Shown here piece after piece: positions 1 to 8,411 of a stretch of DNA of 10,959 bases (position 1 is the first letter of the stretch; each line of letters opens with the position of its first letter). The stretch is from Candidatus Sumerlaeia bacterium (lineage in GTDB: Bacteria > Sumerlaeota > Sumerlaeia > SLMS01). The stretch covers positions 1-10,959 of the forward strand of contig JBBQYG010000140.1 in assembly GCA_038208905.1 (NCBI GenBank), given 5' to 3'. The position numbers were made by a program, and so were the translations under genes. The notes under the pieces are model-generated. The model saw nothing but the letters and a program-made list of their open reading frames with translations, ran no database searches and was not told the origin of the DNA.

Positions 1-717
1 ACGCCCACCGCCACGGAAACCCCGACGGCCACAGCCACGGAAACCCCGACCGCGACGGAAACCCCGACCGCGACGGCCACTGAGACTGCGACCGCCACGG
101 CGACGGAGACCCCGACGCCCACAGCGACGGAGACCCCGACGCCCACCGCCACGGAAACCCCGACGGCCACAGCGACGGAAACCCCGACCGCGACGGCCAC
201 TGAGACTCCGACCGCCACGGCGACGGAGACCCCGACGGCCACAGCGACGGAAACCCCGACGGCCACAGCCACGGAAACGCCGACGGCTACTCCGACCGCG
301 ACGGCCACCGAGACTCCGACCGCCACGGCGACGGAGACCCCGACGGCTACCGCCACGGAAACGCCGACGGCCACTCCGACCGCAACGGCCACCGAGACAC
401 CGACCGCCACAGCGACGGAAACCCCGACCGCGACCCCGACGGCTACAGCTACGGAAACGCCGACCGCAACCGCCACGGGAACGCCCACGGCCACAGCGAC
501 GGAAACCCCGACCCCGACCGTCACTGCGACAGCGACAGAGACACCGACCGCCACGCCCACCGCGACGGCAACCGAGACCCCGACAGCGACAGCGACAGAG
601 ACACCGACTGCCACACTGACGGCTACCCCGTCGGTGACGCAAACGGCCACACCGACAACGACACTGACGGCCACCGCCACGGCAACCCCGACCGCCACTG
701 CCACCCCATCGCCGACG
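1..717 (+). repeat. Coding low-complexity repeat, (T-X)n with [12 protein letters not shown] units
   Basis: Thr (twice Ser) at every odd codon from 1 to 239. Bases 1-35 are identical to 139-173, and 52-141 matches 172-261 with 3 mismatches (120-nt period). Confidence 0.95.
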
Positions 718-2796
718 TTTGGCGATGTCGAGGTTCTGGCCTCCTCCGAGTGCGACAACCGCGCCGCATACATCAATTATGAAGTCACGGCCCAGGGCGC
801 GCCCGCGACGGTGACAATCATCCTGGAGAGTATCGACGGGCGCGAAATCGAGAGGTGGGAGAATGCCCCGCTGTCCGACCGCCGCATCTGGCCAGGCATG
901 ACCTTCGACATTGATGGCAACCCCAACGGCTGGCCCGGCTGGGAGTTCACCAATGGCGAATGGGTCGAGATTCCCGATGACCGTCGTCCCACGATCGTCG
1001 TCCGCGCGATCTACGAGGGCCTCGAAACCGTAACGCAGATCACCTATCCGCCCAACACGCCCGAGTGCGCCGCGCGTCCCGCGACCGGTGGCATCGTGAC
1101 GATCACGCCGACGGCGACCCCTGTGGTCACCACGGTTCCCCCGACGGCGACCGCAACGGTTCCGCCGACCACTCTTCCGCCGACGGCGACCGCAACGGTT
1201 CCCCCGACGACGGTGCCGCCGACGGCCACTGCGGTGCCAACCACAGTTCCCCCGACCACGGTGCCGCCGACGGCGACGCCGGAGCCCACCCCGTCCACCA
1301 GCCCGACGCCGTCGCCGGTCGTTACCGGCGCCTGCAACGATCTGATCACCTATCTGGTCCAGCTTGAGGGCGCTCAACAGATCCCCGCTGTCACCACAAC
1401 GGGCCGTGGCCGCGCACTGATCGTGCTCGATCCCATCGCCAATACACTCTCCTACTCCATCGAGTTCACGGACCTGGGCTCCGCCGAGACGATGGCTCAC
1501 ATCCACGGCCCCGCGAATCGCGGAGAGAACACCGGCGTCCTGTTCGACCTCGGCACGGGCAATCCCAAGAACGGCGTCTGGAACTACCCCGAGAGCATCG
1601 AGGCAGACATCCTCGCCGGTCGCACCTACATCAACATCCACACCGTCGACAACATCAGCGGCGAAATCCGCGGCCAGATCGATACCTTCCTGCCCGACGT
1701 TGAGTTCACTTTCGCCGACAGCGAAGAGGGCTGGTCGTTCAGCAACGCGGTTCCTGTCTTCAGCAGCCCGGTTGCAGACCGCCAGAACGGCGCGCTGATC
1801 CAGCGCACGCTCAACAACGTGGACTCGTTCGGCGCCTGGAACTCGCCCCTCGTTGTGGCCAGCGACGACATCTCGCTCGTGGGCCAGGACGACGTGGTGG
1901 CTGGAACCAGCCACGGCAGCGAAACCCTGTACGTTGCCCGCTACACCGTCAGTTCCGACGTGGCCGACCCGACGAAGGTGCCGATCGTTCGCCTTCGCAC
2001 ATCGTCCGAGTCCTTCACGCGCGGCGATGTCCTCGTCGCTACATCCACCGGGGATGGCGCCTACTCACCGTCCACAACGCCCAAGACCTACGAGCATGTC
2101 TTCGTGCAGCCCGGCGAGGACGACCGCTTCCGCCTCCACCTCGACGTTCTGAACTTCGGCGGCGAGGAGCAGGCCCTCACCAACATCGCCACCGAGGAAG
2201 TCACGGTCGAACCGATCTGCGAAACCGTCCTCGGCGCCCCGCGCCCCGAGTTCAATATCGTCTTCACCTGCAGCGACGACACAATCACCACGTGGACCCA
2301 GGAGGACGCGGTGCCCGTCTGCACGCGCACCCTCTTCGAGTGCACGGACGACGGCCTCGCCATGACGGCGGCGCCCGGCGATCCCGGTCTCACCTCGGTG
2401 TTTGGCTACTGGGCCTCGCCCGAGGGCGACGATGCCCTCGCCACGGCAGAGGGCGGTCGCCTCTACCGCGCCACGTTCGAGGTCGGCAGCGACGCCACGC
2501 CGGAAACTGTGCTCACGCTCCCTGCCTTCCGCGGCCGCGTGAACTCGTCCAGCTTCCGTCTCTCCGCCTACGTCAACATCGAATCCCAGAATCCCAACTC
2601 GGTGCTGCCGGTCGTCGGTGCTCCCCAGACGTACGCGGTGTACTTCGTCGCTCCGCCGGAGATTGACGGAGAGGAACTCTTCTTCTCCTTCGACTTCCTC
2701 TGGTCTCCGGCCTCGGCGCAGGATGATCGCTTCCGTACGATCTACTTCCGCGGGATCACGCTGGAATCCTTCGCGTTCCCGCCCGCCGGCAAGTAA
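1..2796 (+). CDS. Large multidomain surface/secreted protein, 5'-partial: Thr-rich stalk, WPG domain, PPT linker, CHRD domain, tandem C-terminal domains
   Basis: Frame 1 is open from base 1 ([14 protein letters not shown]...) to TAA at 2794-2796, so the track's start at 634 is an internal GTG. CHRD motifs: [15 protein letters not shown] (HIH at 1498-1506), YINIHT (1627-1644), GEIRGQI (1660-1680). Third codon positions are strongly G/C. Confidence 0.9.
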   Translation, partial: TPTATETPTATATETPTATETPTATATETATATATETPTPTATETPTPTATETPTATATETPTATATETPTATATETPTATATETPTATATETPTATPTATATETPTATATETPTATATETPTATPTATATETPTATATETPTATPTATATETPTATATGTPTATATETPTPTVTATATETPTATPTATATETPTATATETPTATLTATPSVTQTATPTTTLTATATATPTATATPSPTFGDVEVLASSECDNRAAYINYEVTAQGAPATVTIILESIDGREIERWENAPLSDRRIWPGMTFDIDGNPNGWPGWEFTNGEWVEIPDDRRPTIVVRAIYEGLETVTQITYPPNTPECAARPATGGIVTITPTATPVVTTVPPTATATVPPTTLPPTATATVPPTTVPPTATAVPTTVPPTTVPPTATPEPTPSTSPTPSPVVTGACNDLITYLVQLEGAQQIPAVTTTGRGRALIVLDPIANTLSYSIEFTDLGSAETMAHIHGPANRGENTGVLFDLGTGNPKNGVWNYPESIEADILAGRTYINIHTVDNISGEIRGQIDTFLPDVEFTFADSEEGWSFSNAVPVFSSPVADRQNGALIQRTLNNVDSFGAWNSPLVVASDDISLVGQDDVVAGTSHGSETLYVARYTVSSDVADPTKVPIVRLRTSSESFTRGDVLVATSTGDGAYSPSTTPKTYEHVFVQPGEDDRFRLHLDVLNFGGEEQALTNIATEEVTVEPICETVLGAPRPEFNIVFTCSDDTITTWTQEDAVPVCTRTLFECTDDGLAMTAAPGDPGLTSVFGYWASPEGDDALATAEGGRLYRATFEVGSDATPETVLTLPAFRGRVNSSSFRLSAYVNIESQNPNSVLPVVGAPQTYAVYFVAPPEIDGEELFFSFDFLWSPASAQDDRFRTIYFRGITLESFAFPPAGK
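1096..1317 (+). repeat. Coding Pro/Thr linker repeat (VPPTATAT / VPPTT)
   Basis: Translation [31 protein letters not shown]...; 23-nt exact repeat ccgacggcgaccgcaacggttcc at 1141-1163 and 1180-1202. Confidence 0.9.
1348..1680 (+). other. CHRD domain within the large surface protein
   Basis: LxGAQQxP...GRG...LSYSI...AHIHGPA...G.VLFDL...[12 protein letters not shown]...GEIRGQI matches the CHRD consensus as I know it. Confidence 0.9.
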
Positions 2797-2812
2797 GCAA
2801 GCAACTCCTCCC

Positions 2813-2855
2813 CTTCGCCCGCCCCGACCAGTACCGGGGCGGGCGAGGTCTTTTT
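2813..2855 (+). terminator. Rho-independent terminator
   Basis: Perfect 12-bp stem tcgcccgccccg (2815-2826) / cggggcgggcga (2835-2846), 8-nt loop, then ggtcttttt. The stem begins 18 nt after the stop codon. Confidence 0.9.
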
Positions 2856-2953
2856 ATCCCGCTGTGATTCCCCTCCAAATCATAACCATTGCCCGAGTCC
2901 CGGCGCCCCGGGTTCCCTGACGGCGCCTTTTTCGCCATCGTTCTGGAGCATCC

Positions 2954-4069
2954 ATGAATCTCGCCAAGCGCCGTTCCGTCATCAGTTCCTCCGGCATCCG
3001 CCGCGTCTTCGATCTCGCCGCCAAGATGAAGGACCCGATCAACCTGAGCATCGGGCTCCCCGATTTCGACGTCCCCGACACGATCAAGGAGGCAGCCGTC
3101 GCGGCGATCCGCGGTGGCAAGAACCGCTACACACTCACGGGAGGCATCCCGGCGCTGCGCCAGGAGGTCCTCGCCCTCTACGGGCGGCGCGGGATCAAGT
3201 TCGAGGACGCGATGATCTCCTCCGGCACATCGGGCGCTCTGGTGCTGCTGTTCATGACGCTGCTCGATCCCGGCGACGAGGTCCTCATCGCCGATCCCTA
3301 TTTTGTCATGTACAAGCACCTCGTCCGCATGGTCGGCGCGAATCCCGTCTTCGTGGACACGTATCCCGACTTCCGCCTGACGCGCGAGCGCCTCGAAGCG
3401 GCCATCACGCCGCGGACGAAGATGATCGTCTGCAACTCGCCGGCGAATCCCACGGGACTTGTCTACACAGAGGCCGAGGCGCGGATGCTCGCCGAGTTCG
3501 CGGAGGAGCGCGACCTGTGGCTGGTGAGCGACGAGATATATGACCTCTTTACCTACGACGAGGAATTCGTTTCCCCCGCGCGGTTTGCAAAGAAGCCCAT
3601 CGTCGTCAGCGGCCTCTCCAAGACGGTCGCCATGACGGGCTGGCGCATGGGCTGGATCGCGGGGCCGACCGAAGTGGTGCAGGCCGCGACGGAGTTCCAG
3701 CAGTACACTTTCGTCTGCTCGCCCTCCATGGTGCAGGAGGCCTCGCTGATCGGCATCCACTACGACACCACACCCTATCGCGACGAGTACAAGGCACGCC
3801 GCGACCTTGTCTATAGCGGTTTGATCGAAGCGGGATACACCGTCACCAGGCCCGGCGGCGCATTCTACATTTTCCCCGAGGCCCCCGGCGGAGACGCCAC
3901 CGCCTTCGTGGAGGAGGCCATCAAGAACAACCTCCTTGTCATCCCCGGCAACGTCTTCAGCGAGCGGAACACGCACTTCCGCATCAGCTATGCACAGAGC
4001 CGCGAGAAACTGCAGGCGGGAATCGACGTGATGACCCAGCTGATCGGAAAGTTCCCCGGCAGGAAGTAG
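2954..4069 (+). CDS. PLP-dependent aminotransferase, class I/II (AspC/tyrosine aminotransferase-like), 371 aa
   Basis: Motifs INLSIGLPDF, YTLTGGIPALR, NSPANPTG, SDEIY, SGLSKTVAMTGWRMG (PLP lysine at 3620-3622), PGGAFY and FRISYA. GGAG RBS at 2945-2948. Substrate cannot be determined from sequence. Confidence 0.95.
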   Translation: MNLAKRRSVISSSGIRRVFDLAAKMKDPINLSIGLPDFDVPDTIKEAAVAAIRGGKNRYTLTGGIPALRQEVLALYGRRGIKFEDAMISSGTSGALVLLFMTLLDPGDEVLIADPYFVMYKHLVRMVGANPVFVDTYPDFRLTRERLEAAITPRTKMIVCNSPANPTGLVYTEAEARMLAEFAEERDLWLVSDEIYDLFTYDEEFVSPARFAKKPIVVSGLSKTVAMTGWRMGWIAGPTEVVQAATEFQQYTFVCSPSMVQEASLIGIHYDTTPYRDEYKARRDLVYSGLIEAGYTVTRPGGAFYIFPEAPGGDATAFVEEAIKNNLLVIPGNVFSERNTHFRISYAQSREKLQAGIDVMTQLIGKFPGRK

Positions 4070-4108
4070 AAACGCAGGCACAGCGATACCATTGGCGGGG
4101 GGCTGCGA

Positions 4109-6328
4109 ATGCAGGATATAGCCAAACCGCAGTCCCCCGGAACGACACGCTCAGGCGCCGCATGGCTTGCGATCAGCGCGGTGCTTGGCGGATGGTCCGC
4201 ACTCCTCGCAAATCTGGCGCGTTTTGGTTTCGGGCCAGCATCCAGCCTCTCCGTGTTTCCCGCCATCCTGCTGGCTTTGGTATTGGTGGCACTCCTGCAC
4301 CCGCGAGTCCTCGACCGCGTACTCGAATGGCTTGGTCGGCGATGGTATCTGCTACCGGTCGCCGTTGCATGTGGCTTCCTTGCTGCATGTTGGACCACTT
4401 GGCGAGGTGGGCCAGATTTTATCGGATATCAGGTGGGTGTTCCCACGTCTGTTGGCATCGCCACTTTTTGGCTGCTCAGTGGAATGCGCCGGGCGGACTG
4501 CGTGCCCGACCTGCCAACGTGGCTGCTCGCCGGTGTCGCTCCGCTGTTGTGCGTGGCTGCCTTCCCGCTAGGCACATCCCCGGTCGCCGGGATCGTGGCG
4601 AATGTCCTGTTCTACTCTGCGATGGCGGCGCTGCTCTGGCATCACCGATCCGTTACCGAAGTCCCGCGCGCGCGACTGATCGGCGTGGCGGGGCTGCTGC
4701 TTATCGTGACACACGGCGCATTCTTTAGCATGACCGTGCAGTTTCGGTCTGGCAGTTCAGGGTCCCATCCAATCGGATTCCTCAGCGCGATGCCGTTCAT
4801 GCTCGAGTGGTGCCAGGACGAGAAGTTTCGCGAAACAGTGTCGCCGTGGACCTCGCCGGCGCGGCTCCTGGAACTTGAGAACCGGCGCGCCGGTGTGATA
4901 GACGACAGGCCCACGCTCGACTTTCTGGATGTACTTGTGGGCGGCCTTCGCATTTGCTGCCTGCTGCCATTCCTCTCGGTCGCGGTCATACTGTTCAGCT
5001 TCCGTCGGCGAGTCCATCGTGCGTGCTGTCTTTTCGTTGCTATCCCGCTGGCGCTTGTTGGCGTCTATACGGGAGTGGGATACGGTTTCTTCGCTGGTCC
5101 ACCGAGAGAGACAGGGGCGTGGTTCCTCTTCTGTGCCGACGTGGCTGTCGCCATCTCGGTGATGGCGCTCGCCCCGGGCGAGGATCCGATCCCGCGAATC
5201 CCGGCGCTCTATCGCGGCCCGCTTCGGGTCGCCGCGGTGATTGTCATTCCGAGCGCCATTGTTTGCCTCGTGTGGTCGCTCTTGGCTGCATGGCATCTAC
5301 AACAGCAGGCCGCCGCGGCTATTCTGGGGCCACTTCCCAAGTCGCTCGTCGAGGCTATTGCCAATTACAACGAACAATCACGCCATCCGGCACTGGCAGG
5401 GGACAAAGTCGTCGACCGGTTTTACCAGATGTATCAAAGCGACGAGGGAATCCCGCCCGAGATCGTGGCGGAGCTCGCTCCGCTGCGGGAGGCGAGTCGG
5501 GCTCTGACCCGGGAGCTGCGCAAGTCGGCCATTCCATACTTCGAAATGCAGCGCCTTTTTACCCGCGAGATTCTCAATTCGGCGTATCTGTATGCAGCGT
5601 CTGCCAGCGCCGCGCAGCTCCATAAGAATCATCTATCGAAAAACGAACTGGAAGAGGCGGCGGCGGCGCTGGCCGAGGCGATGGATATCCACAATGTACC
5701 ATCCACCGTGTGGCAAACCCTGAACTTGCAGAGAACTCTCAGACCCACACTTTCGCAATTGGTCCTGCGTGCGAGGGACGATAGGCTGGAGTCACAGCGC
5801 CTGGCATCCATCAGGGCTGCGCTCGCCATGCCTCCAGATCACTGGCTCAATACCGGAAACTTGAGTTGGCTATCCGATGAGTCCAACCCTGTATTCAAAT
5901 GGCCTCAGCGAGTTTTCACATTGGGATCAAACTGGTTTAGAAATTCCCTTTCGGGCATCAGTCAGGATCGGGCCAGCGAAGTGGACCTGCTACTCCGCTA
6001 CCGCTTCACGCTGGAGTCGCTAAGAATCCTCCAATTCAAGGCGGAGAAGGGTCGCCCTCCCGTGGACTATGCCGAGGTGCTCGCCGCCTACCCATCGGAG
6101 GAAGGCGATTTCACGCACCCAGTTTTCCAAGTCCCCTTTTTGGAAAATCTCCAAGTCATTACGAATCCCCAATCGGGCGCGCTGCTGATTTGGACTACCA
6201 AGCCAGGCGCGGTCCCGGCTTCTCCTCCGGGAATCTACATGTTCTCCATTGATCCCCCTCCCGCGCAACCCGGGTCCACCTCTGCTCCCGCTGAGCCGAT
6301 GGATGGCATGGGGGCATTCGAGCCATGA
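4109..6328 (+). CDS. Hypothetical polytopic membrane protein with ~340-aa soluble C-terminal domain, 739 aa
   Basis: About 10 hydrophobic segments in the first ~395 aa, then a hydrophilic, helical-looking region. The stop overlaps the next start (ATGA, 6325-6328). RBS is weak, so the start is uncertain. Confidence 0.75.
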   Translation: MQDIAKPQSPGTTRSGAAWLAISAVLGGWSALLANLARFGFGPASSLSVFPAILLALVLVALLHPRVLDRVLEWLGRRWYLLPVAVACGFLAACWTTWRGGPDFIGYQVGVPTSVGIATFWLLSGMRRADCVPDLPTWLLAGVAPLLCVAAFPLGTSPVAGIVANVLFYSAMAALLWHHRSVTEVPRARLIGVAGLLLIVTHGAFFSMTVQFRSGSSGSHPIGFLSAMPFMLEWCQDEKFRETVSPWTSPARLLELENRRAGVIDDRPTLDFLDVLVGGLRICCLLPFLSVAVILFSFRRRVHRACCLFVAIPLALVGVYTGVGYGFFAGPPRETGAWFLFCADVAVAISVMALAPGEDPIPRIPALYRGPLRVAAVIVIPSAIVCLVWSLLAAWHLQQQAAAAILGPLPKSLVEAIANYNEQSRHPALAGDKVVDRFYQMYQSDEGIPPEIVAELAPLREASRALTRELRKSAIPYFEMQRLFTREILNSAYLYAASASAAQLHKNHLSKNELEEAAAALAEAMDIHNVPSTVWQTLNLQRTLRPTLSQLVLRARDDRLESQRLASIRAALAMPPDHWLNTGNLSWLSDESNPVFKWPQRVFTLGSNWFRNSLSGISQDRASEVDLLLRYRFTLESLRILQFKAEKGRPPVDYAEVLAAYPSEEGDFTHPVFQVPFLENLQVITNPQSGALLIWTTKPGAVPASPPGIYMFSIDPPPAQPGSTSAPAEPMDGMGAFEP

Positions 6329-7761
6329 GCCCGCGACTCGCCATGCTCTTCGCCGTATGCATTCCCGGCGCGCTCTGGTTCGTGCTGCGCGGTGTCGTCC
6401 CCGCTAATTACTGGGTGCTGCTTCCGCTGGGATTGTGGGCGTGGGTGGGACCGTTGCTGGCCGTGTGGCGGTCGGTGGGGGAGGAGCCGGAGTTCGGCCT
6501 GCGGCCGCTCGTGCAGCGCGTCCGCACCTCCATGACGGGAGAGGCTGTCGCGCTGCTCGTGCTGGCGTGTATATCGCTCCCGCTCACGCTGACGGCCTCA
6601 GACATCGATCTCATGCGTTCGGGCAGGTTCGCGATTTCCGGCCTGACGGCGGTGCCGTTGGCACTCGCCGCGTATGTTGTCCATCTGGCATACGTAGAGG
6701 CAATTCGCGCATACCGCGTTCACGTCGCGCCAACGCTACTCAGCCTGCTCTCGCTGGAAGTGGCTGCTCGATTGATCCTGACTCCGATCCAATTCGTGCC
6801 CGTGTACGAGGGCCTGTGGCTCGTCGCCAAGGGGATCGGCCTTCACGCTTGGATGACGACGCTGGAGACGCGCCGTATGCGCGGCCTTGGGGTGGAGGGC
6901 CTTCGCGCGATGGCGGCAGACGCGATCGCCGCGCCGGGGAGGCTCGACCCGGAGTTCGTCGACCGGCTGCGGCGCCTTCTCAGGGCCAGCGTCTATACAC
7001 GCTACCTTCCGTATCTCCTCAGCGCGGCCATCGTCACCTTCATGCTGGTCCTGCCGCGTCCCAACGGTCCCGTTGCCGCCGCGCTGCTGGGAACCATCCT
7101 CCTGGCTTCTGCGACCCTCCTGCTGGCGGCGGGCGAGCTGACGGCGGGCCTGCGCAAGCTCCTGCGTCGAGGTATCCTTTCGGAGCTGTTACTCACGCCG
7201 ATCAATCCGGCGGAGATCCTTGCCGCACTGATGCAGCGCACCATCGGCCCGCTCTGTATCGTGCTCCCAGCCCACGCGGTCGCGGTCATCGGCGTCGCTT
7301 ACGGCTTTGACCTCCAGATATGGGCGAGCGAGATTTTCTGGGTGTACTTCGTCATCCCCCTCGTCGCGTTCGTCGCGGTGGCGGCGCTGGCGGGTCCGCT
7401 GATGAACGAGGGGCTGCGCGCGGGTCATCCGATCGCGGCGATTGTCTCCGTCGCGTTTCGGCTCCTCGCGGTGGAGGCCATCGTTGTGGCGCTCTGCATC
7501 TTCTGCCTGATTCAGGGGGGCATGGCGTCGCTCTTCGACGACCTTGGGTTCAGCGGCCGGTTCCGGCCCGACAGGATCGCGGAAGCACTGATCGCGTCGG
7601 ATGGGAGCTTCATCGTTCTCGGCGTGTCCCACCTGCTGGTGGTCCTGTGGATTTTCGTCCAGTGGCAGAAGCTGCTGCGTGACTTCAAGGACCTCGCCCA
7701 CGGCAACTACGAGCGCAAGGACGGCAAGCCGTTTCACGGAGTCCGGCCCGAGAGTACCTGA
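6325..7761 (+). CDS. Hypothetical polytopic membrane protein with ABC-2-permease-like motif, 478 aa
   Basis: Many hydrophobic segments. LRRGILSELLLTPINPAEILAALM resembles the 'E..RGTLELLL.TP....EI' loop of ABC-2 type permeases. ATGA coupling to the upstream gene. Confidence 0.7.
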   Translation: MSPRLAMLFAVCIPGALWFVLRGVVPANYWVLLPLGLWAWVGPLLAVWRSVGEEPEFGLRPLVQRVRTSMTGEAVALLVLACISLPLTLTASDIDLMRSGRFAISGLTAVPLALAAYVVHLAYVEAIRAYRVHVAPTLLSLLSLEVAARLILTPIQFVPVYEGLWLVAKGIGLHAWMTTLETRRMRGLGVEGLRAMAADAIAAPGRLDPEFVDRLRRLLRASVYTRYLPYLLSAAIVTFMLVLPRPNGPVAAALLGTILLASATLLLAAGELTAGLRKLLRRGILSELLLTPINPAEILAALMQRTIGPLCIVLPAHAVAVIGVAYGFDLQIWASEIFWVYFVIPLVAFVAVAALAGPLMNEGLRAGHPIAAIVSVAFRLLAVEAIVVALCIFCLIQGGMASLFDDLGFSGRFRPDRIAEALIASDGSFIVLGVSHLLVVLWIFVQWQKLLRDFKDLAHGNYERKDGKPFHGVRPEST

Positions 7762-7897
7762 TCACCGACCGCCGCCGATTTTCGCATTTCCCTCGACACA
7801 CCCGGCGCCTAGGCAATACACATCGGGGCTGTCGCGCCGCCCCCTGTGGCCTTGGGCCCGGGTGTGGCGGCTAACTCCAGACGAATCAAAGGTGCCC

Positions 7898-8317
7898 ATG
7901 AGCAAGAAGAACGACCTCTATGAGCGGGAGCTTGCCCGCTACCGCGAAACCCTCCGCCTCGACAGCGAGGTCGCCCTCGAACGCTACGGCATGACCCTCG
8001 TCCATTCCCTCACCCCGTCGGAGAAGGTTCTGGCCCTGAAGGAAATGGGGAACGAGATCACCGACGCCTCCGACTACTACAACCTTGGCCACATGAACGC
8101 CGAGGACGAGAATCTGGACGAAGCCATCGGCTTCTTCCGCCGCGCCATCGAGCTGGAGCCCACGCTCACGGACGCAATCTACAACCTTGCCGTTTGCTAC
8201 CAGAAGTCCAACCTGCTCCCCCAAGCCAAGTCGGCTTGGCAGTCCTACCACGATGCCATCGACTCCACCGAGGAGAAGCGCCGTGTGAAGGAACACATCG
8301 CGGGCTTGGGTATCTGA
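7898..8317 (+). CDS. Small tetratricopeptide-repeat protein, 139 aa
   Basis: MSKKNDLYE... begins at ATG 7898, preceded by aaaggtg. Two TPR-like units: YYNLGHM...AIGFFRRAIELEP and AIYNLAVCY...AKSAWQSY. The track's 7601 start overlaps the previous gene and is rejected. Confidence 0.88.
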   Translation: MSKKNDLYERELARYRETLRLDSEVALERYGMTLVHSLTPSEKVLALKEMGNEITDASDYYNLGHMNAEDENLDEAIGFFRRAIELEPTLTDAIYNLAVCYQKSNLLPQAKSAWQSYHDAIDSTEEKRRVKEHIAGLGI

Positions 8318-8353
8318 TCCCACGCAGGGTTGCTCAAACAGCTTTTCCCAAAG

Positions 8354-8383
8354 ATCCCCCCGCCGCTTGGCGGGGGGATTCTT
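8354..8383 (+). terminator. Probable intrinsic terminator
   Basis: Perfect 11-bp stem atccccccgcc (8354-8364) / ggcggggggat (8369-8379), loop gctt, short tail tctt. It begins 36 nt after the TPR stop. Confidence 0.7.
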
Positions 8384-8411
8384 GTGCAGGTCGCTCCGCC
8401 GCATAAACGTC

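Noticed and set aside
1..717. Repeats as a CRISPR array or an ice-binding (TxT) protein
   Set aside because: There is no repeat-spacer structure and variation is largely at codon level within an open frame. Frequent prolines and irregular unit length argue against a regular beta-solenoid ice-binding face.
2863..2884. tgtgat-N10-atcata as a CRP/FNR-like site
   Set aside because: The spacing does not fit TGTGA-N6-TCACA or TTGAT-N4-ATCAA, and the match is too short to support.
2756..4081. 441-aa minus-strand ORF
   Set aside because: Antisense shadow of the well-supported aminotransferase; such ORFs are common in high-GC DNA. It has no motifs and crosses a terminator.
7601..7897. N-terminal extension of the TPR ORF in the track
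   Set aside because: It overlaps the upstream gene by 161 nt and its translation is not protein-like. ATG 7898 has a plausible RBS.
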